From: Felis catus
Taxonomy: Eukaryota
DNA length: 64,000 bases
NCBI RefSeq assembly: GCF_018350175.1
Contig: NC_058368.1
Coordinates: forward strand, 25,236,001 to 25,300,000
Direction: 5' to 3'
The notes below the pieces were generated by a model. That model saw only the letters and a program-made list of their open reading frames with translations. It did not search any database and had not been told where the DNA came from. This document shows positions 39,040 to 50,735 of the stretch, one piece after another. The translations under genes were made by a program, and so were the position numbers. Positions within the stretch are counted from its first letter, which is position 1. Every line of letters starts with the position of its first letter.

Positions 39040-40200
39040 TTGTGTTTCTTATCTACTGAGCACCTACTGTGTGCCAGGCCCTGTACCGGGCAGTAGGAAT
39101 TTCTCGATGATTAACCTTGTTCTCAAGGAACCGTAAGATTGGAAGGAGGGACAGACACAAATTCAAACTATGTCTTGGTAATATGGTGAGTTGATCTGGT
39201 AGGAGAATAGCCCATGGGTTAGGAACAGGGAAGACACAAAAGAGGGACCCTTGGCCTAGGCTTAAAGGTTCACTTCCTGAAGCAAATGATTCTTGAATTG
39301 AGTCTTGGACGATGAATAAGAATTACAAGATACAAAAGGGGTCAAAACACGTTCCAGATGCAGAGACCTGCGTGAGCAAAGAATGACCTCTAGAAGGCTG
39401 AAGACAGCTCCATACTGCTCCCTCACAGGGCCGGGAGTCACAGGAGGGGGAGCCAGTGAGAGGAGAGAGGTCTGAGCAGCTTGGATTTCATTCCCTAAGC
39501 CTCTTCCCACGGTGGCACGCATAGTAAATCATACCTGAGTGGAATATGGGAGGAAATAAATGAGGCTGTTCCCAACTGGGCCACCCTTTGAGCTAAAGGG
39601 ATCACTGTTTCTGCACACCCATAATCCAGTCCAGTATTTGTGGTGTGGAAGGTCCACAGAAAGAAATAAGGAGCCATTCAAAGCTTTGAAGGAGAGTGAT
39701 AACAGAGTCCAAGTAGTGTTTTAAATGGCGCACTCTGGGGGCACCTGGGTGGCTCCGTCGGTTAAGCATCCGACTTCGGCTCAGGTCATGATCTCGCGGT
39801 TTGTGAGTTCGAGCCCCGCGTCGGGCTCTGTGCTGACAGCTCAGGGCCTGGAGCCTGCTTCGGATTCTGTGTCTCTCCGTCTCTCAGCCCCTCCCCTGCT
39901 CATGCTCTGTGTCTGTCTCTCAATAATACAAATAAACGTTAAAAAAAAAAATTTTTAATGGCTCACTATGACTGCAGGGTGGAAAACGGACTTATCTAGG
40001 ATTAGACCACAATAGATTAGGCAAGAGCCGATAAGGGAAGTGGGTCGATGGTTGTACAGATAAAGAGAAAGAGACAAGTTCAGGAAATTCTGAGGAGGTA
40101 AAACTGGCCAAATTTGGTGATTTATTACATGTAGGAAGAGAGAGAGAGCTTGGACTCAGCATGGCTCTCTGGTTTCTAGCCTAGGTGTTGAATGAATGTA
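39040..40200 (-). mobile_element. L2 fragments interrupted by a SINE
   Basis: tactgagcacctactgtgtgccaggc (L2 3' end) and further purine-rich L2 motifs. Confidence 0.6.
39737..39957 (+). mobile_element. Can-SINE
   Basis: Typical motifs; TSD aatggc(g/t)cact. Confidence 0.92.
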
Positions 40201-40929
40201 TAAATACATAAATCTGTTTTGTCCAAAAGATTAAGATCTTTCCCCATTAATCTCACCACACATATAGAGCTAGCGTCTTTGTGTTTTTAAGATTTTTCTA
40301 CTGCAGACACACCCTCACTAAGGGTTCTTGGCATATCCTCTCTTCTTTTCCCCAGCTCTGACTAGCCCAGCCAACACCCTTAAAGAGATACAATTTAAAG
40401 ATGTTAAGAATAAGTCTGGTTTTCTGTGACAGCCTGACATTAAGTTCTCCGTAGCTTGGGGCCAGTTGCCATCTGCAAGATCTAAGCACACTGTGGGGGT
40501 CCTTCCTCAGCTTGAGCAAGTCTCTTGCTTCTATTCTTACCCAGATCTCAGGTGTCAAGGTAACAACGTGGGTCTCTATTCTTTCCAATGACCTTGAGGT
40601 TAATGAAGCTAACCCGTGAGCAATCTTGGGGCATCCAGCATCACAGCTCTTGGGAGCACCTTTCTGAATAGTTCTAAATCAATGTGGCTTTAGACCCACC
40701 AAATGGTAGCATTAACATTTCCTGGAAGATGCAAAAAAGGTTCAGGAAACCACATCCGTCCACCTTCTCTGCGTGCATCAGGTGCGTTTCGGGTCCTTGG
40801 CAGGCCGGGCTTCGAATAACACTAGCCAATTCTGGATGCCCCAAGAACTGCACAGAATTCTCCTCCTGTGAAACGAACTTAGGTTTCTTAGATAACATAT
40901 GGATCTAGTTTGAATCACACAGACAATGG

Positions 40930-41225
40930 GGGAAGTTTTATTATGAACTGGGTATTAGGTGATATTTAAGAATCGGGTTAGTTTGGCTATAGATATGACA
41001 ATCATAGGGTGGTTAGATCTCCTTAAAAATGAATCAAAATGTCTATCAGTGATACATCCTGAAGTACTGATGTGACGTCGGGGATTTGCTTTTAAAGATT
41101 AGCAAAAGAAAGAAAGTGGGGGAGAATAACCGAAGACTGGCCGCGATTGATCTAGGGAAGCTGCATAATGAAGGTGTGGGGCTCATTCTATGGGTACGTG
41201 AGTGACAAATCTCCATCATAAAGCT
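40930..41225 (+). mobile_element. Old L1 (L1MC/ME-like) 3' end
   Basis: gggtattaggtgatatttaagaa...gatacatcctgaagta...ggggatttgcttt. Confidence 0.5.
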
Positions 41226-41525
41226 CCGTTCGACTGCGCCGTACCTTGACCACCTGTTAGATCGGAGTTCTCGGCAATCATTTTAAACCAATCTTCATTT
41301 GTTTTAGCAATAAAGTGGGGCTGGGAAAAAGGCAGGTTTTGTCCAAATCATTGACCCTGTTGCGGTCATATAATAATCATAGCTGCCATTAGTTAGTGGT
41401 TATTACATTCCAGATGCGGAGTAAATCATTTTTCATGCATTAATGTATTCAATCCTCACCAAAAAATCTGCATCTAAGAGCATAACGAGAAGCTCAGGTG
41501 CTGACTTTAGTCTTCCAGTACCACA

Positions 41526-41596
41526 AATAATAATAATAATAATAATATATATATATAATATATATAATAATAATAATTATTATTATTATTATTATT
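41526..41596. repeat. AT-only (AAT)n/(TA)n/(ATT)n quasi-palindromic microsatellite
   Basis: Read directly. Confidence 0.9.
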
Positions 41597-41834
41597 CTAG
41601 CTACACAAACTACAAAACTCTCACAAATCGCTGAAGCAGTTTTCTGTGAATTGTTCTAATTTCTACCCATTTTCTTAAAGATACACATAAAAGTGATTAT
41701 TCTGATAAAAGTGGATACAAATTCTTGAGTGTTGACAACAGACTAGTCTCAGTGCTAAGCACTTTCTGTATATTTTCTCACCTAATCCCCACGACAACCT
41801 ATAAAGTAGTAGGATAGATTCAGTGGATCGATGG

Positions 41835-42260
41835 TCCTACTCAGTGGCTTCCCTATGTCCATGAAGAGGTGAAGTGCCCTTCACACTCCCTGAATCTGGA
41901 CTGGCCTCACAATTTGCTTTCGCCCACGGGGTGTGGTCAGTAGAAGTAAGGACGGACCAGTGCCGGCCTAGATTCCAAAAGACCTTGCACGCTGTTCTTT
42001 CTCTCTCTCGGACCCTTGCCTCTGCCATGAGACGAAGCTTGGGACAACTCGCTGGAGGACGAGACGCCATGTCAAGGAGAGCTAGCCGTCGGGCACCCGC
42101 CGGAAGCAGAGTCACCTGACAACCTGCCAGCTGACCACAGGTGGGGCGGGCCCAGCCATGACCAGAACTGCCCCGCCGAATCCAGCCCAACTAAACAAGT
42201 GGTTCAGAGGCCACTAAGTTTTGGAATGGGTTTATGATGCAACAACAGCTAACTGAGATA
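41835..42260 (+). mobile_element. MaLR (MLT1H/I-like) LTR inside a MIR
   Basis: ccctgaatctggactggcc...gccactaagttttgg...cagctaactgagata. Confidence 0.65.
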
Positions 42261-45200
42261 AGCAGGTGCCATTTGCTTTCACCAGAAGAGGCAACCATGG
42301 CACAGAGAGGTTAAGTGGCTTGCCCAAAGTCTCAGAGTAAGCGGTGGAGCTTAGCTATGTACCCAGAAGGCTGGCTCTGAATTCTACACCGCGGGTGCAG
42401 AGCGGTTCAGAGTAGGTGATCTTCACCAAAGACAAGGCAAGGTGGGAAGTTACCCGGCTCTTCACCCAACAGCCTGATCGTGACCACGGAAGATCCATTA
42501 CCAACCGCGTGGCAGCCCAGGTGTCCCCACCCTTCCTCACTGGTCCGAGTACATCTTCCCTAGAGCTCTGCCGGCCCTTCCCAGGAGGAGGGATCTCTCC
42601 TCTCTGGATGTAATCTCCAAGAGACAAGGAGGCCATTTGGTTAAATTATGTTGAATTCTGAATGAGCCCACTGGGGACCCTGAGAAACAGTGATGTGTAA
42701 TTGAATTGAAAAGGCCAGAAGAATATAAAGTAGCATCCACACTCAAGTCAGAGACCCAGGGTAAAGTTTTATTTGATCCTCAGGACCACGGAAAGCTAGA
42801 GATGAATTTTAAATAAGGAAATAGTGGGATAGCATACACACATTTAAGAAAATCAGTCTGGCTGCAACTCGGAAAAAGGGCTGAAAGTAACCTTGAAGGT
42901 CTGGAAATCAATGCAGAGTCACCCAGAAGATGATGGTGGCCAGGACTAAGGTCACACTCATGGGAACAGGAAAAGGTAGAAAGATCCAAGGGCTGTTTAG
43001 GAGACAGGAACAGTAGGACCTGGTGATGGATTGAATGAGTGAAGGAAATGAGGGAAAAGGTCAGGACAACCCAATCATAGGGCCACAAAAAGTAACTGAC
43101 AACCAAGCAATGCTACTCTGTTCCACACAGTGTTCCCAAATGACGACTGACCAGTTTCTGAAAAAGATTTGGACTTAGTCTTGCCAAGGCATGAGGATTT
43201 CTGATAGCTCTGAGTCACCCGATCCGCAAAGAACAAAAGCAGGCTTCTAGAGAGAAAATGTCAAAAAATTAAACAGCCACTTGTCTTGACAGCATTAAAA
43301 ATAATCTGTCACCTGTTCCTAACTTTGTTCTTGGTTACAAAGGCCATTGTGTGCGTGAACAAAGAAGGCACAGAATTTGGAAAGCACTATTTGCCCAGAG
43401 AAACCGATCAGAGCTCAGGCTGCAGAAGACTCGCATGTGAATGAGGAAGGGGGCGGGCTGCTCCAAACACAAACATTCTGTGCCCTACCAACAGCTCGGG
43501 GGCTCGAAATCCCATTCACCGAAAAAAAAGAACGTGGTTTCCAGCAGCTCCTGTTGGTATACCCAGAATATTCCGAAAATGACTTGGCCTTTCAGTAAGA
43601 GCCATTTTCCATCTGATGAATCAAAAGTTCAACTCCAAGGACAATGAGCTGATGGTTATTGAGGGCGTAGGGTCTCCACCTTCCTCCATCAGACACCTTG
43701 TCCTCGTGCCAGCCACTTCCCAGGCTGCCCAGCGTCACACAGGACCACGGCAAGCATTCGCCACGTGCAGACCGAGGTCGCCCCGTTTCGCGAAAAGCCC
43801 TTAGCAAAGGGAAGAGTTCAAGAACAGAATCTGAGCGTACCAAAGCCAACAAGATTTTCTTCCGAGTTGTTTTGATTCTGGTCCCTCTTGTTGGCACTCT
43901 CTGGTAAGCTCACAACCACTGTCCTCGCCTAGGTGATTTTCCGACTGGAATCCCTTCCCTGAATTAATTCTGGGCAACTACAGTTTCCATGAACTAGCCA
44001 GTTGTTTTAGGCTGTGGATGTTCTTCTCTATTCGACCTGATGTCTCACTATGGGGCACTACACAGGGCTATGGGCAGGCTTCAGCCACTTCAGCAGGTGG
44101 GTTCAGTTGACCCCAGCAACCAAGAGTGCCAGTTAGCTAGGCCAAGGGCCAAATGGGAGAGGGAGGATGCTCGGCTCTCCAAAGGCAAACCTCAGAGGTT
44201 TGCAGCCAAAATCCTCCCTGCAAAGAGAAAACAGCCTCATACATTAGTGAGGGACTTGAGGCCAACAGAGAGCTGAAAAAGCAGCAGAGATGTTTCAAGG
44301 AAGTGCTCCTTGAAGAATGAAATTCACACTGTTCTGTAAGAAATTAGCTCCCACGGAATGTGAGCTTATCTGTGACAGATTGCACTATGCAATGAAACAC
44401 TGTTTTGAAGTAAATCTTCCCCACTCCATAAAAAATGACATTTTATGGTTTGTCTTGCTAATTTTTCACCCATTTAGATTCTGCTTGACAGAGAAAGTTG
44501 ACACTGCTAAGTAGTATTAAGTTCCTCTGAGCGCCCTCAGCTTGCAAGGAAGCCCCCAGCTGCTGTTGTGTAGATGAATCCAAGCTAATATTTGTAACAC
44601 AAACGTGGGGAGAGTCTGCCTTTTGTCTTCCAGTTGTCCAGAATCGCAGAAATCAATTTGGTTTCATCAAATAAATGAAGGGAAAAAAAAAACCAAAAAC
44701 CCTACACCCTGGGGTTATGACATTGCCCTAAACAAAGTATGGCATATCACGATGGCTTGCGTGATGCGTTTACCAAATGGAGAAAAAAAAACGCAAAGGG
44801 CCAGAGGCCCATTAGCAACAACTTCCTGTTAGATTTTGGCGGCAACCTGGGAATGAATCACTGAGCCTCTGCGTGCCCATCAGGCCCCTCTGCCCCTGGG
44901 TACAGAATAGATAGATGTGTCGTCACTGGATGGTAAGAGAAAATACTCCTATCATTGTTCTCCCTCATCTGGAATCTCTGATGCTATTTTGGTTAAGACT
45001 CGACAACTTCCCAAATCTGAACTATAAGCACGGAAGCCATTTTTAAACGTAATTTCTGGAGCCCAGGTTCACTCGACAATGTGATTTAACAGGAGTCTGA
45101 GATCTGCAGTCATTAGGTCTGTACGGAAGTCCCAGTTTGGCCCTTCGGAGCCGGCTAGCCTCTGGAAAATCCTTGGCACTCCGGTTTCTATAGCTGTAGA

Positions 45201-46074
45201 AGAAACCATAATGGCTGCCTCATAGGTACTGAGAATCACAGGGATGAAAAGTGATTGGCAACTGCCTTTCCCTCACCTTCTGGACCTTACTCAAGGCTCA
45301 GAAATCTAGCTAGCATGAACGATGGACTAGGTGTGGGAATATTCCAGTCTCAAACTCTTATCTGTCCTAACAGTTTCCCATGAGCAAAATGGGTAAATTC
45401 CTTCTTTCCCTCACACATGCCTCCTCACAGAGACCTATTACTAGCGAACGGAGATGATACTGAGAATCAGTCAGCTCACCTCAAGGACCCCTGTGATTCC
45501 TCAACTTTGTTGCAGACTGGAATCACTCCCACTGTCCAGTCATACCCAATACCACACAGCAGAGTTTGGGAACCTTGGCCCCATCCCCTCTATGGTCACC
45601 CGAGGGTTCCTTTCAACCTCTTGGCTCTACACTTATGTCCAACTTTGAAATGGGAAGTCAAAGCCCAGGACACTAAATTTTGAGCCTCTGTAGCTCCCTC
45701 CCATAAGCCTAGTAGCCACCTGCCCCACCACTTATATCCAACTAAGAGGTGTGAACTATGAGTAAGTAGCCGGCACCCAGGGATAGGGAGGTAAGCCTAG
45801 AGGTGGGGAAGGCACAGAGCACCCCTTCCCAAACCGGGAGAACAGCAGGGTAACATAAAAAGCGATTTCAAGATCAAGTAAAATTGAGCTATTCTGGGTT
45901 CACCAAGGTTAAGCAGATTTCTTCATTGCAGGACTTCTCAGATCCTTTAAGTTGGAGTGTGATTATGAATCTGCTGGAGAGGATCGTGGCAGCATTTCTC
46001 CCCATGGAAGCCCTCATTGTCTCAGAGCGTGTCAAGGACTAGTGTCTCAGAGAATATACTTTGAGAAACTTAGA

Positions 46075-46271
46075 GCAATGTTGGGGGTAGGGGGTGCGTG
46101 GCAGTACCTGGAGACAGACTTGGTTGTCACAACTAGGGATTGGGTAACTGTCACTGGCATCTGGAGGACAAAGGCCAGGGATGCTGATAACCCCCCCCCC
46201 ACAACATGCAGGAGAGCCCCCCACGACTTACCAGCCCCCAGTGTCAATAGCAGTGCAGTTGAACAGCCCTC
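46075..46271 (+). mobile_element. MER20
   Basis: ctggagaca...ttggttgtcacaact...actggcatct...aggccagggatgctg...tgtcaatag. Confidence 0.8.
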
Positions 46272-46472
46272 GCCTTGAGTGCCCTCTTCTCCCACAGGCC
46301 ATCCTGCATTGCCAGAACTTCAGAAATTGAAGGTGACGAGAGAAAAAGACAGACGGGAGAAAGAGGACAGGAGTAGGAGAAAAAAAGAAGGAAAAGGGGG
46401 AGGGGGAGTGAAAAACAGACAATAAGGAAAGACGAGACTGGGGGGGGGGGGGGGGGGAGACAAAAGAAGACA

Positions 46473-47094
46473 GATTCATGACTGCCAGAACGTGGAGGCA
46501 ACCAAGATGTCCAAGGTGAATGAATGAACGGTGGTCCCTCCAGACAACGCGATATTCCTCAGCCCAGAAAGGAAATGAGCTACCAAGGCCTGAAAAGGCA
46601 TAGAGGAAACTTACATGCACTTTGCTAAACAAAAGAAGACACCCTGAAAAGGCTACATGTTGTGGGTTTCCAATCTATGACATCTGGAAAGGGTAAAACT
46701 GTGGAGACAGTAAAAAGATCAGTGGTTGCCTGCGGTGCGGAGGGAGGGGTGAATGCGCAGAGCAGAGAGGATTGGGGGGGGGGGGGGGTGGGCAGTGAAA
46801 ATACTCTGGTACTATAATGATGGATACATGTCATTACCCATTTGTCCAAACGTACAGAATATACAACCCTGAGCGAGAACCACAATCTAAACCAGGAACT
46901 GCGGGCAATAACGATGTGCTAATGCGCGTTCATGAGCTGGAAGGATGCACCTCCCTGGAGGAGGATGTTGATAAGCAGGGGAGGGGGCTGGGCGTGCACG
47001 GGGTGGGGTGGGCAGGGGTATACAGGAACTCTCTGTACCTTCCGTTCACTTCTGCTGTGAACCCAAAACCGCCGGAAAAAGAAAGAAAAAGAAG
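46473..47094 (+). mobile_element. L1MC-like 3' end, tail-to-tail with the CBY2 3' end
   Basis: gcaaccaagatgtcc...ggaaatgagcta...gtaaaactgtggagacagtaaaaagatcagtggttgcc...ggatacatgtcatta...tttgtccaaa, then an A-rich tail. Confidence 0.8.
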
Positions 47095-47143
47095 CCAGAG
47101 CGGCACGCCGATGTTAACCGGCCGGCCTCCCCATGCTTTTATT
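47075..47143 (-). terminator. CBY2: CBY2 polyadenylation signal with U-rich downstream element
   Basis: AATAAA on the minus strand at 47143-47138, about 150 nt after the stop. A U-rich tract (ttctttttctttctttttc) follows at about 47094-47075. Confidence 0.75.
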
Positions 47144-48800
47144 GCTTCTCTGAGTTGAGGAAGAGGATAGCGCTGCTCTTCCGCGAGGGCCACCTGGTGG
47201 GGGGAGGCGGGGATGACGAACGGAAGGCAGGAGCCGTTGTCTGGCCGGGTGTCACGTGCCCAAGGCTCCTGGGGCGGGGGCGGGGGGGGGGCCTCAGACC
47301 CTGCCGGGCTTCTTGGGGTCCTTGCTCTTGGCCGGCATGAAGGCGTAGAGCTCCTCGATGAGCATCTCCATCCGGGCGGTGACCTCGGTCACCGTGTCGA
47401 TGACCAGCTTCTGCTGCAGCTTCAGCGTCTTGTTCTCCCACAGGGCCTTGTTCTCCTCCTGGAAGACGCGGTGCTCCTCGCGCAGCGCGTGCAGGGCCCG
47501 GTTCTCCTCCCGCAGCAGCCGGTTCTCCTCGCGGAGGACCTGCAGGTTCTGGTTCTCCTCCCGCAGGGCCTGCAGCGCCTGGTGCGTCTCCCTCAGCAGC
47601 TCCAGGGACTGGCTCCCGTCAGCCAGGCCGGGGCCGGCCTTGCTCTCCTCGTCCCCGGAAGACCCGGACAGGTTGCTGACCATCTGGCGCAGGACGCGGA
47701 GGGTCTTGGAGTCGTCCTGGGGGGGCGAGGGCCCCTTAGACTCCTCGAAAGCGGAGGAGAGGCCTGTGCCCTGGTCCGGCAGCAGCCCGGGGCCGTGGAG
47801 CTCCTCGTGGGCCGAGGGGACCGCCGTGCTTTCCTCCCCGGGGCCCGCCTTCTCCTCCGCCGGGCCCCAGTAGGCCTTCCTCTGCTCCAGCCGCTGGCGC
47901 AGGGCCCTGTTCTCCTCCCTGAGGAGCTGCAGGCTGCTGTCCTCCTGGAGGCGGTGCATCTGCAGGGCCGCGTCCTTCGCCACCTCCAGGGCCGCGCTGG
48001 CCTTGTGCGGCAGCGGCGAGGCGGCCCTGCTCTCCTCCCGGCCCAGCGTGGCCTTGCGCTCCTCCCAGAAGACCTGCAGGATCCTGTTCTCCTTGCGGAG
48101 GGTCCTGTTCTCCTCGCGCAGCGCCCTGTTCTCCTCGCGCAGCGCCTTGTTCTCCTCCTGCAGCAGGTGCTCCTTGGCCAGCCGCTTGTGGTGCAGCTTG
48201 TGGTGGAAAGAGGACGACGGAGAGAAGTACAGTTCTCTGTACAGGCGGCAGTTTTCGTTCACCCAGCGCCCGTCCTGGAAGACGAACATCTCGTCGCTGA
48301 GCTGCACTCGCGGAGGGTTGTAATCCAGCTCGAGGTCCGCCTGCGAGGTGGGGCGCTCCATGGGGTCCAAGGGCACGGAGGAGAAGCGATTCAGCGGGTA
48401 GGAGTGCTGGCTGGTCGCTCTGCGGCTCAGCCTGGGCAGGGCGGCCTGCCTGGCGCAGCGCGGGCTGGGGTACAGGTTGTGGAGCCTCAGGAAAGGCTCG
48501 GCTGTGCCCCTCTGCGGGAGAGAGCGGGGAAGCCGAGAGTTAGTGAAGGAGCCGACGAGCCCGAGGCTGCTGGCCAGGTAAGAGGCCGGCTTACCCCCAC
48601 GAGACACTCCGTCCGATCGTCCGGCCGGGCCCCGGCGGACACGTTTGCATTTGGCTTCGCGGAGGCCTCGCAAGGAAATACAGCCGACCCCCTACTCGCA
48701 GCCGTTCTGGTCTGGAAAGTGACCGCGAACGCTGAATTCGCGAGTGCCAGACCATCGCCCCGGGTAGAAACGCAGGGTTCGGTTCCTGCCCGCCTCTAGT
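47100..48800. promoter_or_regulatory. CpG island over CBY2 exon 3 and its flanks
   Basis: Very GC-rich with dense CpG compared with the rest of the window. Confidence 0.8.
47294..48511 (-). CDS. CBY2: CBY2 coding exon 3, 405 aa plus stop: Chibby-like region and coiled-coil (L)REEN(R/K)xL repeats
   Basis: Part of the 459-aa ORF, from RGTAEPF through [25 protein letters not shown] to [31 protein letters not shown]. The acceptor tcactaac...ctctctcccgcag has a consensus branch point. The first 54 ORF codons are intronic. Confidence 0.95.
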   Translation of the reverse strand, partial: RGTAEPFLRLHNLYPSPRCARQAALPRLSRRATSQHSYPLNRFSSVPLDPMERPTSQADLELDYNPPRVQLSDEMFVFQDGRWVNENCRLYRELYFSPSSSFHHKLHHKRLAKEHLLQEENKALREENRALREENRTLRKENRILQVFWEERKATLGREESRAASPLPHKASAALEVAKDAALQMHRLQEDSSLQLLREENRALRQRLEQRKAYWGPAEEKAGPGEESTAVPSAHEELHGPGLLPDQGTGLSSAFEESKGPSPPQDDSKTLRVLRQMVSNLSGSSGDEESKAGPGLADGSQSLELLRETHQALQALREENQNLQVLREENRLLREENRALHALREEHRVFQEENKALWENKTLKLQQKLVIDTVTEVTARMEMLIEELYAFMPAKSKDPKKPGRV

Positions 48801-49557
48801 CACAGTTTCGTCAACCAGCCGAGACATAACCTTGTATTTATGTGTATTACTGTTGAAAGACATCTTCTTTAGTATATGCACTATTGACTCGTTAACATTG
48901 AACTTTCAGCCAACAGCGCTGTCACTCATGCCCGAGCAAAGCTGATCTAACCCATGTTCTCTCTGTCAGGCACATCACACCTTCTTTCATTAAGGGGCAC
49001 TAGACAGCCCTTGGGCAATGTGCTACGGGTCCATTTGAACTGTGCAATCATCCTCCACCCCCCAAAAGAGCACGAAAATGTCAAGAATGTGGCCCTAAAT
49101 AAACTGTGAAAAGGACACTATTTTACAGTGTGAGAGCTGAAACAAGAAGGCTCCTTGGGGGGCGCCTGGGTGGCTCAGTCGGTTGAGCCTCTGACTTCGG
49201 CTCAGGTCATGATCTCACCGTCTGTGAGTTCGAGCCCCCCATTGGGCTCTGTGCCCACAGCTCAGAGCCTGGAGCCTGTTTGGGATTCTGTGTCTCCCTC
49301 TCTCCCTGACCCTACCGCATTCGTGCTCTGTCTCTGTCTCAAAAAAATAAATAAACGTTAAAAAAAAACTTAAAAAAAAAAAAAAGAAGAAGGTTCCTTA
49401 GCTAGAATGTGTGTATCAGGTGACTTTAATTTTTTGTCATTCTGTACATGTCTGTAAATGACCACCAAAGCGCCACAGGTATTGATTTGCTGGTTACAAA
49501 CTTTAGCGAGTGGGCACGTACACAAATAGAGAATCCATGAATAATGACCGTCACGCG
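48681..49557 (+). mobile_element. MER82-like Tigger-family DNA transposon, interrupted by a SINE
   Basis: Begins TA|CAG and ends at TA; internal motifs gtgagagctgaaacaagaaggc and aaaaggacact match the recalled consensus. Confidence 0.75.
49157..49386 (+). mobile_element. Can-SINE nested in MER82
   Basis: TSD aagaagg(c/t)tcctt. Confidence 0.92.
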
Positions 49558-50675
49558 TATGTTGTGTAGGTGGAAGGGCATTCACTTGAAGTCCACCCGA
49601 TATTTGGGTCCCCAGCCCCACGATTTGATCAGTGACAAGAATATGGCAAGTTCAGTTTCAGTTTCCACATTTTCAAGTTGGGGTAACTACATCTACTGCC
49701 TTTCCTCAGAGAGGTATTTTTAGGATTAAGAGAGAGAACGTGTGAAACCATTAACCGTGGGCTCTGGCACACTTCTGTCCCCTTAGTGGAGGAACACACG
49801 CTCTTCTCAGTCGCGCCCAGCTGCAGGTATGTCCCCACAATTGGCGTGGGCAAAGGGGCACCATGAATCACCCCGACAGACACCCAAATCGTTACGTCCA
49901 AAACAGTGGTGCGGTCCACCAGCCGAGCCTTCTCCCTTGTCCCACCGAGGCTCGCCCTCCACTCTTAGCCACCCTGAGTCTATCCTTCCAGCCCTTTAAC
50001 ATCCGCTGACACAGTGTTAGGCTCAAAGCAGAGCCCAGATGGTAATTTTGGAAGAGAGGGGCACCATCACAGACCCATCACTGAGCAGTGAGAGTTCGAT
50101 ACGTGGTAACGAAGACAGCAAGGGACACCAAGGAATTCCCAAGGAGCGATTCATGCTGGCGGCCCATACACCTCAAGACCATCATATCACAAAGGGGATC
50201 AGAGCCACAGAGCTTAAGTCCGATAATTGCACTTCCCAGTGCAGCATAATCGTCTGAGTGTGTCTTAAATGCAGATTTCTGAGCTCCCTACTTGTAAGAC
50301 TGATGCACTCAGTATGGTATATGGTCCAGGAAGCTCCATGTCTAACCAGCTCCCTCGAGGGATGCCAGCTGCGGGCACTCGGGACAGCTCGGAGCCAGGT
50401 AGGACGTGTCATTTGCCCAGGTGGGGGTTACACCAGGGTTAAAGGCCACCGTGCTAAGATTGGGGATCACAAGCATTCTCATCCTGGTTCTGTCACTTGA
50501 TGGGCGGTGTGAAATTGGAGATCACTTGCACCCTCTCTGAGATCCAGATTTTTTACTAGTAAAAAGGACTCAGACCCCCTGACCCCCTAGGCACCTTCCA
50601 ACATAGAAAGTCAGTTAAATGTGCCTCTAAAGTGGAAATAAAAGCACATGCCCTGTTTGGGTCACCACCCCGCTG

Positions 50676-50735
50676 TGAGATAACAATTGCAGACGTGTTT
50701 TTGAATGAGATAACAATTGCAGACGTGTTTTTGAA
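50676..50735 (+). repeat. Perfect tandem duplication, 30-bp unit x2
   Basis: tgagataacaattgcagacgtgtttttgaa occurs twice. Confidence 0.97.

Noticed and set aside
48512..48673. N-terminal 54 aa of the 459-aa ORF
   Set aside because: Starts at TTG and runs through the branch point and pyrimidine tract, so it is intronic. Its final LPQ matching the end of exon 2 (CTCCCGCAG versus CTCCCTCAG) is probably coincidence.
47213..48799. 528-aa plus-strand ORF (and the 171-aa and 106-aa ORFs) overlapping CBY2
   Set aside because: Antisense shadow of a GC-rich, codon-biased exon. The L/Q/V/G-rich content mirrors CBY2 codons and has no recognisable domain.
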